Below are positions 51,777 through 64,000 of a stretch of 64,000 nt of DNA, piece by piece. The notes beneath the pieces are model-generated. The model saw only the letters and a list, made by a program, of their open reading frames with translations. It did not search any database and was not told the DNA's origin. Every line of letters begins with the position of its first letter. Position 1 is the first letter of the stretch. The translations under genes and the position numbers were made by a program. Source of the stretch: an uncultured Gemmataceae bacterium (GTDB lineage Bacteria; Planctomycetota; Planctomycetia; Gemmatales; Gemmataceae); assembly GCA_963750165.1 (NCBI GenBank), contig CAVVPN010000003.1, positions 768,001 to 832,000 on the forward strand, in the 5' to 3' direction.

Positions 51777-52276
51777 TGGACCTGAGCACGATTCACCACG
51801 GCATCGTCCGTCGCAAGCGCAAGAAGCGCGTCGGCCGCGGTGTCGGCAGCGGCCGCGGCAAGCAGTCCACGCGCGGCGCCAAGGGCCAGTGGGCCAGCGC
51901 CGGCGCCAAGCGACCGGTGCCGGTCTTTGAAGGCGGCCAGATGCCGCTGTTCCGCCGCATCCCGAAACGCGGCTTCAGCCATGCCACCTGGGACAAGTTC
52001 TTCCTCGTCGTCAACGTCGGCGATCTCGACGCGAACTTTGAAGACGGTGACACGGTGAACCACCAGGCGCTCAAGGAGAGGGGGTTGGCCAAGGGCCCCG
52101 CCGACGGCGTGCGCATCCTCGGCACCGGCGAGCTGACCAGGAAGTTGATCGTTCACGCCCACCACTTTTCGAAGTCCGCTGCCGAGAAGATCACCGCCCG
52201 CGGCGGCACCGCCGAGGTGATTCCGCCGCCCAAAAAGCCCAAGCGCAACAAGATGAAACCCCGTCCCACCAAGTAA
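51776..52276 (+). CDS. rplO: 50S ribosomal protein L15
   Basis: RVGRGVGSGRGK, FEGGQMPLFRRIPKRGF. Confidence 0.97.
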   Translation: MDLSTIHHGIVRRKRKKRVGRGVGSGRGKQSTRGAKGQWASAGAKRPVPVFEGGQMPLFRRIPKRGFSHATWDKFFLVVNVGDLDANFEDGDTVNHQALKERGLAKGPADGVRILGTGELTRKLIVHAHHFSKSAAEKITARGGTAEVIPPPKKPKRNKMKPRPTK

Positions 52277-52393
52277 TATCGCCGCGAGCAAGGGGGAAAG
52301 GAAAAAGGCGAGAGGGTCGGTCGGGTAACCGAGTTCTCTTGCCTTTTTCCTTCTTCTGTTTTACGTTGCATGCAACCCTTGCGAGGAACGCTT

Positions 52394-53797
<1,404 letters not shown>

Positions 53798-53810
53798 AGC
53801 GGTTCGCAGT

Positions 53811-53880
53811 TGGGTGTAGCGGAAGTCGCCAGACTTCCGTCCGGTGCTGCTCGGAAGTCTGGCGACTTCCGCTACACCCA
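53811..53880. repeat. REP-like inverted repeat (GTAGCGGAAGTCGCCAGACTTCCG)
   Basis: 29-bp arms, each internally palindromic. Confidence 0.8.
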
Positions 53881-54073
53881 TTCGCAATCTGCAATCTGCA
53901 ATTCCAGCCAGGCAACCGGAACCAGGCGCTGAAGTCCTGTGTCCCGGTTGCCTTTTTCGCGCCCCCCTTCTTGCGGTTCGACATGAAGTTTCCGAGAATG
54001 GATAAGTTGGATTAATAACAAGGCCCGCGCCGGCACTGGCCCGGCGGGTTGGTTTCGCGAAAGTGACTCCCTC

Positions 54074-54739
54074 ATGAGCTTGATACTCATTGGCCCTCCC
54101 GGGAGCGGTAAAGGCACACAAGCCAAGAAGCTCAGTCAAGGTCTGCACCTCTGTCACATCGGCACGGGGGACCTGCTGCGCCAGGCGGTGCTGCTCGGCA
54201 GCCCGGCCGGCCGCCGCGCTAAACCCTACATCGATGCCGGCCAGCTGGTGCCCGACGACCTCGTCAACGACCTGGTCTTCGACCGCTTCCGCGCGGAGCC
54301 CCGGCCCGAGCATTTCGTCATGGACGGCTACCCGCGCACCGTCCCGCAGGCGTCCGCCTTCGACCAGGTGCTGCGGCAGCAGTTTCTCAGCCTGGATGTC
54401 GTCATCGAGATGATTGTTCCGGACGAGGACATTGTCCGCCGCATCAGCGGCCGCTGGACCTGCCCCAAGCCGAACTGCCAAACCAGCTACCATACTGTGT
54501 TCAAGCCGCCGCGCGTTCCGGGCATCTGTGACGTGTGCGGCAGCCCGCTGATGCAGCGCGAGGACGACCGCGAGGCCACCGTGCGCGAGCGCCTGCGCGT
54601 CTTCCACCAGAGCAGCGCCGACCTGCTGGCCTACTACCGCGACCGGGGCCTGCTCCGCCAGGTCAGCGGCGAGGGCGACGTTGAAACCATTTACGCCAAT
54701 CTGGTAAAAGTAGTAAGTGAGGCGAAACGTCCGCAGTGA
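54074..54739 (+). CDS. adk: Adenylate kinase with zinc lid
   Basis: GPPGSGKGTQA, TGDLLR, DGYPRT, lid cysteines, QREDD. Confidence 0.96.
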   Translation: MSLILIGPPGSGKGTQAKKLSQGLHLCHIGTGDLLRQAVLLGSPAGRRAKPYIDAGQLVPDDLVNDLVFDRFRAEPRPEHFVMDGYPRTVPQASAFDQVLRQQFLSLDVVIEMIVPDEDIVRRISGRWTCPKPNCQTSYHTVFKPPRVPGICDVCGSPLMQREDDREATVRERLRVFHQSSADLLAYYRDRGLLRQVSGEGDVETIYANLVKVVSEAKRPQ

Positions 54740-54801
54740 GCCCCTCACCCCCGACCAGGGGGCGAGGGGAGCAAGACGGCAGAGCAACAGGCAGCGTCAT
54801 C

Positions 54802-55608
54802 ATGCGAAAAGCGGCGTTCCAGCGAGCCCCGGAGCTCAAATCCACCCGTGAAATCGGCTTGATGCGCGAGGCCGGCAAGCTGGTCGCCGCCGCCCTGCGC
54901 ATGTGCCGCGACATGGCCAAACCGGGCGTGCGCACCATCGAGATCGATCAGGCCGTCGAGGCCCTGTACGCCCGCCACGGGGCGACACCGCTGTTCAAGG
55001 GCTACCCCGGTCAGAAGGTGCCGTTCCCAGCCTGCACCTGCATCTCCCTCAACGAACAGGTCGTCCACGGCATCCCAGGGCCGCGGCAGATCAAGGAGGG
55101 CGACCTGGTGAAGATCGACACCGCCTGCAAGCTGAACGGCTGGTGCGCCGACGCGGCCGTCACGCTGCAGATCGGCGAGGTGCGGCCCGAGCGGCGGCGG
55201 TTGGTCCGGGTCGCCGAGGAGGTGCTGCAAATCGCCATCGACGAGATGGGCCGGCGGCAGTGGTGGTCCGAGGTGGCAGCGCGGATGCAGCGGCACGCCG
55301 AGAGCAACGGTTTCAGCGTCGTGCAGCAATACGTCGGCCACGGCATCGGCCGCATCATGCACGAGAACCCGCAGGTGCCCAATTTCGTCAGCCGCGAGCT
55401 GCGTGAACAGGACTTCCGGCTGGAAGAGGGCCTGGTCCTGGCGGTTGAGCCGATGGTCAACATGGGCCGGCCCGACACGCGCGTGCTCTCGGATCACTGG
55501 ACTGTCGTCACGCGCGACGGGCTACCGAGCGTTCACGTCGAGCACACACTGGCCGTCACCCGTGGCGGCGTGCAGGTCATCACCGCGGACGAGGCGCCGG
55601 TCGCGTGA
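54802..55608 (+). CDS. map: Methionine aminopeptidase type I
   Basis: CISLNEQVVHGIP, GHGIG..MHE.P, AVEPMVN, HVEHT. Confidence 0.96.
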   Translation: MRKAAFQRAPELKSTREIGLMREAGKLVAAALRMCRDMAKPGVRTIEIDQAVEALYARHGATPLFKGYPGQKVPFPACTCISLNEQVVHGIPGPRQIKEGDLVKIDTACKLNGWCADAAVTLQIGEVRPERRRLVRVAEEVLQIAIDEMGRRQWWSEVAARMQRHAESNGFSVVQQYVGHGIGRIMHENPQVPNFVSRELREQDFRLEEGLVLAVEPMVNMGRPDTRVLSDHWTVVTRDGLPSVHVEHTLAVTRGGVQVITADEAPVA

Positions 55609-55645
55609 GAGCCACGGCCGATTCCTTGTGGTCGTGGATGGCCCA

Positions 55646-55741
55646 ATGCTGACCTTCATCGACGAGTCCGGTGACTGCGGTTGGACCGACCCGGACTCAA
55701 AGCCCTACCTCACCTTATATCACCAGGGTGTTTGTCACTGA
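55646..55741 (+). pseudogene. 5' fragment of a DUF3800-like gene
   Basis: MLTFIDESGDCG...PYLTL, then an early stop. Confidence 0.5.
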
Positions 55742-55917
55742 CACACCCTTTCCGCCGCCAAATAGCCAGTCATGTTTCTCCCCTTGCCCGCCTTGCGCCA
55801 GCCCGGACCGCCGGGCCGCGAATCCCGCTGGACGAATCGCCCTCCCCACGCTAAGGTGCCCGCGCGCTGCGATCCCGTCGCCGGTTGTTCTGACCATCGC
55901 CAGCAAGGAGGCTGTCC

Positions 55918-57814
55918 ATGTCCCAGTTCCTGAGTTCCCTGTGGGCCCGCTGGAGGCACCGCCCGACCCGCGTCCACCCCGCCGCCCGCGCCGCTTACCG
56001 GCCCCGGGTGGAGTGCCTGGAAACCCGCGCCCTGCCGTCCATCACGCTGCCGACCAACGGCACCTTCGGCCCGGCCACGGTCATGGGCACCAGCAGCGCC
56101 GACCAGTTCGTGCTGCAACTGCAGGCCGGCAACAACGGCATGCTGCAAATCAGCGACAACGGCGGCACCACCTTCAGCAGCGTGTCGCTGTACGCGCTCA
56201 GCGCCGTCAACGTCTACGGCTACGCCGGCGATGACACGTTGACCCTGAACAACGCGAACGGCCTGGTTGGCTACGCTGGCGGTCTGACCATCAACTTCGA
56301 CGGCGGCACCGGCCGCAACCAGATCGTGATGACCGGCAACCCCAACACAATCGTCGCCGAGAACTACCAGGTCGGCGACACCGCGGATGCCGGCTACCTC
56401 AGCGCCAACTCCGCCACTGGCGGCTCCTTCACGTTCAACTTCCAGAACACCGCCAGCATCATCGACACCCTGAACGCCACCGATTTCACCGTGGCGTTCA
56501 ACAACAACAACAACTACGTCACCGTCGGCACGGGCCTCGCCCAGGGCAGCCTGACGACAATGAAGCTCTCTGGCATCGACTACCAGAACAACAACATCAT
56601 GACGGACGACGTGTTCGTGGACGCCTCGGGCGTGCCCGCCGGGACTCCGGCCGCGGCGAGCTTCGTGCCGATCACCTTCGCCAACAAGTCCAACGTCCTG
56701 ATCGACGGCCAGGGCGGCGCCGACCAGTTCGTCCTCGATGACAACAGCGCGGTCAGCGGCCTGAGCACGCTGGCCATTAATGGCAACACCGGCACCGACC
56801 GCGTGACTGGCGACATGGTGCCGCCGGGCGTGTCGTTCGCCACCACCAACATCTACCAGACGCTCACCGGCGTCACGGATCGGATTTTCATTCAGCAGTT
56901 GTACGTGCAGCGGCTGCAGCGCGTGGCCAACGACACCGAGGTGGCCGACTGGCTGCCGGTGCTGCACAGCGACGGCATCGCCGCGGTCGTGCAGGGCATC
57001 GACCAGTCCGTCGAGGCGGAGACGCGCATGGTGAGCGAGTGGTATCAGCTGTACCTGGGCCGTCCCGCCGACGCGGACGGGCTGGGGGGGTTCGTGAACG
57101 GGTTGCAGGCGGGTGTCGGCGAGGAGTCGGCGCTGGCGGGCCTGCTCAGCTCGCCGGAATTCATCGCCCTGCAGGGCCAGACGTATGCGACCGGCAGCGC
57201 GAACGACCGCTTCATCCGCGGCCTGTACGTGGACCTGCTGGGCCGCACGCCGAATTCGACGGAGGTGACGAACTGGGAGAAGGTGATGCAGGTTTACAGC
57301 CCGTACCAGGCGGCGCTGGCCTTCGTGACCGGCGCCGAGGTGCGGCAGCGGGCGTTCACCGCGGACTACGACGCCTACCTGAACCGCAACCCGGATGCCA
57401 CCACGATGAAGACGCTGCTGGCCGCCAACTACAGCCTCGAGCAGGTGCGCGAGGGGATCCTGGGCAGCATGGAGTTCTTCGACCCGCGCAAGCACGCAGC
57501 GACGCCAGTGACGTTCAACGTGTCCCTGCAGGCGCAGGCTGACGGGCGCGTCCGTCAACACCAGCGACCAGCAAATTTACTCCTTCATCGTGGGCAAGAC
57601 GCACGTGCTCAACCTGGTGTCGTCCAGCAGCAACGGCCTGAACGCGACGGTGCAGCTGGAGGACGCAACGGGCACGGTGCTGGCATCGACGAACCCGGCC
57701 AGCTCGGTGCTGTCCTTCCGCACCACAGTGCAGCCGGGCCAGACGTATTACCTGCGCGTGGCGTCCTCGGACGTGACGCCGTCGGACTACACGATCAACC
57801 TGGCGCTGGTGTGA
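55918..57814 (+). CDS. Planctomycete exported surface protein with DUF4214-like repeats and C-terminal beta domain, apparent frameshift near 57540
   Basis: RPRVECLETRALPS export motif; repeated LY..LLGR.PD / S.EF units; C-terminus ends VQPGQTYYLRV...YTINLALV at 57814. Confidence 0.78.
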
Positions 57815-57880
57815 GCCCGCAGCGTGGGTCGGAGCCCGAGCGCCAGCGCTGGCCCCGCGCTGGCGCTCGGGCTCCGACCA

Positions 57881-58044
57881 TCACCGTCGCCACGGACATC
57901 GCGCTGGGCTACGGCGACCCGCCGGAAGAGGTCATCGACCTCAATTTCCAGGCAAGCCGCGACGCGGACCTGGTGCGACGGGTGCTGCTTTACGCGGCGC
58001 TGCTGCACTACCGCTTCGGGGTGCCGGTCCACAGCGTCCCTTGA
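57881..58044 (+). pseudogene. Internal fragment of an Rpn-like/conserved hypothetical gene next to a REP
   Basis: [34 protein letters not shown] with no own start. Confidence 0.45.
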
Positions 58045-58093
58045 CCCGAGGCAACCGATTGCCAGGCCGGCGCGGCGCGGTTACACTCACGGT

Positions 58094-59554
58094 ATGAACC
58101 ACCGCACCCCCGCACCGACCCCGCACCTGCCGGCCGTCCAGTCCCGCCGCGACTTCCTGTGCCGCGCCGGCGGCGGCTTCGGCTCCCTGGCGCTGGCCTG
58201 GCTGCTGGCCCGCGACCGCCGCGGCGGCGCCGACCAGCCCGCGCGCCCCGCCGTCAACCCGCTGACCGCCCGGACGCCACACTTCCCTGCCCGTGCCCGC
58301 TCCGTGATCTTCCTGTTCATGGTCGGCGGCCCCAGCCAGGTCGATCTGTTCGACCCCAAGCCCGAACTGACGCGCTGCCACGGCCGGCCGCTGCCGCCAA
58401 GCTTCGGTATGCCGGTCAGCCAGTTCACGCGCGGCGACACACCACTGTTGCGCAGCACGCGCCGTTTCCGCAAACACGGCCAGTCCGGCCTCGAATTCTC
58501 CGATCTGCTGCCGCACCTGGCGACCTGCGCCGACGACATCGCCCTGCTGCGGTCGTGCTGGTGTACGAGCACGGTGCATGCGCCGGCCATGTATGAGTTG
58601 CACAGCGGCCGCACCGCGATGGGCTACCCCAGCCTGGGCTCGTGGGTGACGTACGGCCTGGGCAGCGTCAGTGAGAACCTGCCGGCGTACTGCGTGATGA
58701 TCCAGCCGGAGGGCACGCCCGAGGGCGGTGCGCCGTGCTGGGGGGCGGGCTTCCTGCCGGCGGTCTACCAGGGCACACTGCTGCGACGCGGCCCGAGTCC
58801 GCTGTTGAACCTGCAACCGCCCGCCGGCGTGGACAGCGAACGCCAGCGCCGCACCCTTGACTTCACGCGGCGGCTGAACGAGGCGGACCTCGATCCGGCG
58901 GACGGCGAGTTGTCGGCACGGATCGCGTCATACGAGCTGGCGTTCCGCATGCAGCAGCATGCGCCGGAGGCAGTGGACCTGGCGCGCGAGAGCGCCGCGA
59001 CACGGCGGGCTTACGGCCTGGAGGACGCACGCACCGCCGACTTCGGCACGCGCTGCCTGCTGGCGCGGCGGTTGGTGGAGCGCGGCGTCCGCTTCGTGCA
59101 GCTGTACTCCGGCGGCGGCCCGCTGATCACGCAGTGGGACGCGCACGACAACATCAACAGCAACCATGAGACGATGTGCGGCCATGTTGATCGGCCGGTT
59201 GCGGCGCTGTTGCGTGACCTGAAGCAGCGCGGCCTGCTGGACACGACGCTGGTGGTGTGGGCGAGCGAGTTCGGCCGCATGCCGACGTCGCAGGGCGGCC
59301 GCGGCCGCGACCACAACCCTTACGGCTATACGATGTGGCTGGCGGGCGGCGGCGTCAAGGGCGGCCAGGCCATCGGCGCCACCGACGAGTTTGGGCTGAA
59401 CGCGGTGCAGGAGCGCATCAGCGTCAACGATTTCCACGCGACGATCCTGCACCTGCTCGGGCTGGACCACGAGCAGTTGACGTTCCTGCACAACAGCCGG
59501 GATGAGCGATTGACGGATGTGGCCGGCCGCGTGGTCCGCAAGGTGCTGGCGTGA
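58094..59554 (+). CDS. DUF1501 family protein (Tat-like signal)
   Basis: [63 protein letters not shown]. Confidence 0.92.
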   Translation: MNHRTPAPTPHLPAVQSRRDFLCRAGGGFGSLALAWLLARDRRGGADQPARPAVNPLTARTPHFPARARSVIFLFMVGGPSQVDLFDPKPELTRCHGRPLPPSFGMPVSQFTRGDTPLLRSTRRFRKHGQSGLEFSDLLPHLATCADDIALLRSCWCTSTVHAPAMYELHSGRTAMGYPSLGSWVTYGLGSVSENLPAYCVMIQPEGTPEGGAPCWGAGFLPAVYQGTLLRRGPSPLLNLQPPAGVDSERQRRTLDFTRRLNEADLDPADGELSARIASYELAFRMQQHAPEAVDLARESAATRRAYGLEDARTADFGTRCLLARRLVERGVRFVQLYSGGGPLITQWDAHDNINSNHETMCGHVDRPVAALLRDLKQRGLLDTTLVVWASEFGRMPTSQGGRGRDHNPYGYTMWLAGGGVKGGQAIGATDEFGLNAVQERISVNDFHATILHLLGLDHEQLTFLHNSRDERLTDVAGRVVRKVLA

Positions 59555-59589
59555 ACTCCGCGGCACGAAGGGCAAAGGAGGGTAGACCC

Positions 59590-59690
59590 ATGACGACCCC
59601 GGTCATTCCCGACCCGCGCGTCCGGGAGCGCTTCCAGCGGCTCGCGGCCCAGTGGAAGGAGCAGGCCCGCTACCTGTCCAACACCGCGCT
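59590..59690 (+). pseudogene. 5' fragment of a small conserved hypothetical gene
   Basis: GGAGG RBS; RERFQRLAAQWKEQARYLSNTA, then coding-like character is lost. Confidence 0.35.
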
Positions 59691-59984
59691 TCCTGCCACT
59701 GGCGGCGTAGCGAACGCAGCTGCGCCGCTCCGAGCGCCAACGTTTTTCGCACGGTCGCGTTACTACAGGATAGCGGGTGTGGTACACTCGTGCGGTTGGG
59801 CCGTCGGTAGCGTCGGCAACATTCCTGCCGACCGGCGCGGGGCTTGCTCCGGCAAGATTGCGCTAATTTGGTAAATTTTTCCTGGCACAAAGAGGTTGAT
59901 TTCCTTTACAATCTCTACTGTAAGAACAATTACTGGGGCGTCCGAGGCATGGTCCCTCAGTTTTTCCAGAAGGGGGTCTGCAAG

Positions 59985-62900
59985 ATGACCAGGGTACGTC
60001 GGTTGGCGGCCCTCCTGGCCGCACTGGCCGGGATCGCCGTTCTGTCTTCCGCGCAGTCGTGGGGCGACAACTCCAAGACCAAGGGCCCCGCACTGCTGCC
60101 CAGGGATGCCGGCAAACCGGTCAACCTGCAGGCCGCTCCGGCTGACATCGAAGTAAACAAGGTGCAGTCGCGGTTCGCGCAGGCGCCGGTGTTCACGTAC
60201 CGGCCGCTGCAGGGCGACGCCTACTTCGCGCTGCAGCTCAAGCCCGAACTGCCCGCCGGCCCGCGTCGGCCGCGCGACCTGCTTATCATGGTCTCGACCG
60301 ACGCCAGCCAGGCCGGCCCCAACTGGTTCGCCTCCCACGATCTGACCGAGGCGCTGCTGAAGGCGGCGGCCCCCGAGGACCGCGTTTCGCTCTGGACGGT
60401 CAGCACCCCCGAGGAGAAATTCACCACCAGCCTGACCAAAGGCTTCGTCCCCGTCAAGGACTCCGCCAAGGTCTTCAAGGCGGCGCTGACGCGGCTCAAG
60501 GAGCAGTTCCCGGCCGGCGACACCGACCTCAAACAGGCGCTGACCAGGGCGCTGAACAGCTTCGGCGGCGAGGCGGGCCGGCAGCGCGTCCTGATCTACC
60601 TGGGCAATGGCATGAGCACGCACGCCCCGCTCACCGCCTCTGACCGCAACGCCCTGAGCGCGTCGATGGTGGCGCGCAAGGTGACGTTCTTCCCGGTGCC
60701 GATGGGCCGGCACCTGCACCCGGACAACCTGCACGGCCTGGCCACTGGCTCGGGCGGTGCCGTTGTCCGCATCGAACTCTTCCAGGACCAGGCCGCCGAC
60801 GCGCTGAAGAAGCTGGAAACGACTCTGACCACACCTGTGCTCTACCCGGCGGAGTTCACGCTGTCGAAGGAAGTCACCGAATTCTATCCGACGAAACTGC
60901 CGCCGCTGCGCGGCGACCAGCCGACACTGGTGCTCGGCCGCATGAAGGCAGCCGAAAAGCTGACCTGGAAGGTCAGCGGCACCGTGGCCGGTCAGCCCGG
61001 CGCGGTGACGCGGACGCGCACGGAGGCGGTGCCGGAGTCGGAGATTGACAACTACTTCCTGGTGAACCTGGCGGCGCAGTGGGCGCGGGCGCGGGGGCAG
61101 TACGCGCTGTTCCGTGGCGACCGCGCGCTGGTGTTCGCCTACACGCGCGACCGGCTCGACCGGCAGGAGTTGCTGGCCGGCGGCGAACGCGCCCTGCAGG
61201 AGAACGACCTCGACGCCGCTGCCGCCCTGTTCCAGCAAGCGAAGCAATTGGCCCCCGAGGATCCGCAGGTCCGGGCCAATGTGAAAATCCTGGACAACCT
61301 CAAGAACGGTAAGTTGACGCGCCTGCAGCTGCTCCAGCAGCTGGACAGGGGCAACCGCAAGGCGGTCAAGATCGTGGTCAAGGACGGCAAGCTCCGCATG
61401 ACCAGGGGCGAACTGGTGGCGATGAACCAGGCAGCCGTGCCACCCGCCCAGCAGGGGCAGCCTGGGATCAAGGGCCCCAAGGATGAGGCGGCCGAACAGG
61501 ATCTGCTGAAGGCGCAGCGGGACCGTGCGCTGGTGGCGGAGCAGAAATTGGAGAGCAACGTCGAGGCCAGTCTGCGGCAGGCACGCAAGCTGCTGGCGAG
61601 CGACCCCGACAGCGCTTACGAAGCGATCCGCGCCGCCCTGGTGCGTGTCCGCGACTACCCCGACCTCAACGACAAGTTGCGCGACGATCTGCTGCGCACC
61701 CTGCAAAACACCCTGCGCGACGTGACCGTTCAGGGCACTCAGGTCAAGCTCAAGCAGGCCGAACGCCAGCAGCTTGAGGCCAAGATGATCGCGTCTCAGA
61801 ACGCGGGCATGCAGGCGCAGGCGGAGCAGACGCGCGTGGAAGCGCGGTTCAAGGTGTTCCGCAACATGATGAATGCGGCGCGGTTCGAGCGCTACACCGA
61901 GGAGAAGGTGTTGCAGGGCCTGCGCGACATGCAGACCGAGGCCATCTACAAAGGTCAGACGCCCCCTCTCGCCACCCAGGGCGCCTACGCACAGGTCTCG
62001 GCCAACTTCAACCTGCAGGTCGCGTCGGAGTTGAAACGTCGTCGGGAGCTGGGCTTCCTGGCGGTGATGCTGGAGGTGGAGAAGTCGCACGTGCCGTACC
62101 CGGACGAGCCGCCGATCCATTTCCCGCCGCTGGCGACCTGGGAGGCGATCCGCAAACTGCGCAAGGAGAAATATGAGGTGACCGGGCTGCCCGACGATGA
62201 GAAGGGCCGCCGCGAGGCACAGGCGATCTCCAAGCTGCTGGAAGAGCCGATTGAGATGAAGGACTTCCAGTTGCCGATGACGCTGAAAGAGGCGCTGGGA
62301 TTGTTCTACGAGAAGATGGCGGCCAAGGGGCTGGAACTGCCCATCCTCGTGGACACCGACGCCTTCAAGGACGGCAACCAGGATGCGCCAGACATTTACG
62401 ACACCCAGGTCAAGTTCCCACCGTTCCCCAGGCGCATGGCGCTGGCGACGGCGCTGCGCATGGCGCTGTCGAAGATCCCAACCGGCAACGCGACGTATCT
62501 GATCCGGCGCAACTTCATCGAGATCACCACCATCGAGCGCCAGACCAGCGAGCGCACGCTGCGCGTCTACCCCGTCGGCGACCTCGTCATCCCCATTAGC
62601 AGCCGTTACAACCCCTTCAGCATGACGGGTGGTGGCGGCATGATGGGTGGCGGCATGATGGGCATGATGGGCGGCATGAGCATGATGGGCGGCATGGGCA
62701 TGGGCATGATGAATGGTATGGGCATGATGGGTGGCATGGGCATGATGGGCGGTGGCATGGGCATGATGGGTGGCATGGGCATGAGAGGTGGCATGGGCAT
62801 GATGGGCGGTGGCATGGGCATGATGGGCGGTGGCATGGGCATGATGGGCGGTGGCATGGGCATGATGGGCATGGGCATGATGGGCGGTGGCATGGGCATG

Positions 62901-64000
62901 ATGGGTGGCATGGGCATGATGGGCGGCATGGGCATGATGGGTGGCATGGGCATGATGGGCGGCATGATGGGCGGCATGGGTATGAACTGCCTGGGGTACA
63001 ACCAGTTCAATGGCGGCCTGGGCGTGCTCGGCAGCACCATGAATCAGGGCCTCATCCTGCTCATCCAGCAGGTGGTCGCCCCTGGTGAATGGGGCGCCCA
63101 GCGTTGTCAGACGCAGCCCTACGGTGGCATGGGCGGCATTGGCGGTATTGGTGGCATGCCAGGCATCGGTGGACTTCCGCCTGGTGGCATGCCGCCGACG
63201 CCGACTGCCCTGGGCGGCCCGGCGCAGGACATCCGCAAATCGAACACCATCGGCTTCTACGCGCCCTCGCTGGCGCTGGTGGTGCGCGGCACCTCGCACA
63301 TGCACACCAAGTTCACCGGCGGCGTCCTCGGCGGCAATCAGGAGCGCAAGGAGCCCAACATGGAACAGGTCATGCTCCAGCCCGGCATGGATAAGGTCGG
63401 ACCGCGTGACAAATTCGCCAAGGTCGCTGGCAACAAGGAGAAGGACCAGATCGCTCAGAACGTCAAGCCGGGGATGAAGGTGGCGGGCAACAAGGAGCTG
63501 GACGACCTGGACCCGCGGACGATCTGGCAGGAGGCGCTGGCGGGCGGGTTGGAGGAGCCCGGTCTGATCATCGCTGCCGCCGACTTCCTGGCCGAGCGCG
63601 GCCTGTTCCTGGACGTGGCCGAGTTGCTCAAGGCCAACCTGCGGCAGGGCATCCTTGTCCGTCCCTGGGTCTACGAGGCCCTCGCCCTGGCGCTGGAGGC
63701 CAGCGGCGGCAACCAGGAGGAAATCCGTCGTGTCCGCCTCTCCGGCGTGGCGCTCGACCCGCAGGACGCCGACGGCTTCCTCAAGGCGGCCCGCGCCATG
63801 AGTGAGCACAAGCAGTACGACCGAGCTTTGGCCTTCTGCCGCCAGGCGGCGCAGTTGCAGCCGAACAATCCGCACGCCTACGCCAACGCCCTGGCCTACG
63901 CCGAACTGGGCAAGGACAGTCAGGGCATGGAGTGGGCCGCCGGGAATCTGCTCAACCAGGAATGGCCGGTGGATAACCACACGCTGCAACTGCGGGCGCA
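59985..64000 (+). CDS. Large secreted VWA/TPR multidomain protein with Gly/Met-rich insert, partial (runs off the window)
   Basis: Not in the ORF track because it has no stop in the window. Read directly: MTRVRRLAALLAALAGIAVLSSAQSWG signal peptide, VWA-like RVLIYLGNGMS, TPR segments, secretin-N-like RVYPVGDLVIP. The antisense ORF 59763-63989 is its codon-aligned shadow. Confidence 0.88.
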   Translation, partial: MTRVRRLAALLAALAGIAVLSSAQSWGDNSKTKGPALLPRDAGKPVNLQAAPADIEVNKVQSRFAQAPVFTYRPLQGDAYFALQLKPELPAGPRRPRDLLIMVSTDASQAGPNWFASHDLTEALLKAAAPEDRVSLWTVSTPEEKFTTSLTKGFVPVKDSAKVFKAALTRLKEQFPAGDTDLKQALTRALNSFGGEAGRQRVLIYLGNGMSTHAPLTASDRNALSASMVARKVTFFPVPMGRHLHPDNLHGLATGSGGAVVRIELFQDQAADALKKLETTLTTPVLYPAEFTLSKEVTEFYPTKLPPLRGDQPTLVLGRMKAAEKLTWKVSGTVAGQPGAVTRTRTEAVPESEIDNYFLVNLAAQWARARGQYALFRGDRALVFAYTRDRLDRQELLAGGERALQENDLDAAAALFQQAKQLAPEDPQVRANVKILDNLKNGKLTRLQLLQQLDRGNRKAVKIVVKDGKLRMTRGELVAMNQAAVPPAQQGQPGIKGPKDEAAEQDLLKAQRDRALVAEQKLESNVEASLRQARKLLASDPDSAYEAIRAALVRVRDYPDLNDKLRDDLLRTLQNTLRDVTVQGTQVKLKQAERQQLEAKMIASQNAGMQAQAEQTRVEARFKVFRNMMNAARFERYTEEKVLQGLRDMQTEAIYKGQTPPLATQGAYAQVSANFNLQVASELKRRRELGFLAVMLEVEKSHVPYPDEPPIHFPPLATWEAIRKLRKEKYEVTGLPDDEKGRREAQAISKLLEEPIEMKDFQLPMTLKEALGLFYEKMAAKGLELPILVDTDAFKDGNQDAPDIYDTQVKFPPFPRRMALATALRMALSKIPTGNATYLIRRNFIEITTIERQTSERTLRVYPVGDLVIPISSRYNPFSMTGGGGMMGGGMMGMMGGMSMMGGMGMGMMNGMGMMGGMGMMGGGMGMMGGMGMRGGMGMMGGGMGMMGGGMGMMGGGMGMMGMGMMGGGMGMMGGMGMMGGMGMMGGMGMMGGMMGGMGMNCLGYNQFNGGLGVLGSTMNQGLILLIQQVVAPGEWGAQRCQTQPYGGMGGIGGIGGMPGIGGLPPGGMPPTPTALGGPAQDIRKSNTIGFYAPSLALVVRGTSHMHTKFTGGVLGGNQERKEPNMEQVMLQPGMDKVGPRDKFAKVAGNKEKDQIAQNVKPGMKVAGNKELDDLDPRTIWQEALAGGLEEPGLIIAAADFLAERGLFLDVAELLKANLRQGILVRPWVYEALALALEASGGNQEEIRRVRLSGVALDPQDADGFLKAARAMSEHKQYDRALAFCRQAAQLQPNNPHAYANALAYAELGKDSQGMEWAAGNLLNQEWPVDNHTLQLRA
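62622..62984 (+). repeat. Coding low-complexity repeat (GGMGMM)n
   Basis: About 121 codons, almost only ATG/GGC/GGT. Confidence 0.9.

Noticed and set aside
59763..63989. 1408-aa minus-strand ORF with His/Ala repeats
   Set aside because: Codon-aligned antisense shadow of the plus-strand gene starting at 59985

Overview
GC-rich bacterial window with planctomycete (Gemmataceae-like) hallmarks: DUF1501 genes, a RPxxExLExRxLPS export motif and several families of palindromic intergenic repeats. Most of it is housekeeping or ordinary: CoA-transferase, nth, pepT, argA, lpxA, CCA enzyme, rsmD and the S10-spc ribosomal cluster to secY-adk-map. The standout is a retron-like locus at about 23.3-31.5 kb. 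It comprises a HEAT/ARM gene, a SWIM zinc-finger gene, a tandem array of FOUR ~250-nt msr-msd-like cassettes, a membrane-protein gene and a retron-type reverse transcriptase. The cassettes share a scaffold (terminal inverted repeats, TTTAGCC branch-G context, msr hairpin, loop motif) but each has a different 22-27 bp msd stem. This suggests a natural multi-msDNA retron, a layout I do not know from described retrons. Other notable items: a group I intron in tRNA-Lys(UUU), integrase scars between convergent tRNA-Lys and tRNA-Arg, an initiator-type tRNA-Met inside the S10 operon, and absence of rplC, rplX and rpmD from their usual slots. About eleven single-base frameshifts in otherwise intact genes probably reflect sequencing/assembly error. 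All family assignments come from motif recognition by eye; no searches were run.
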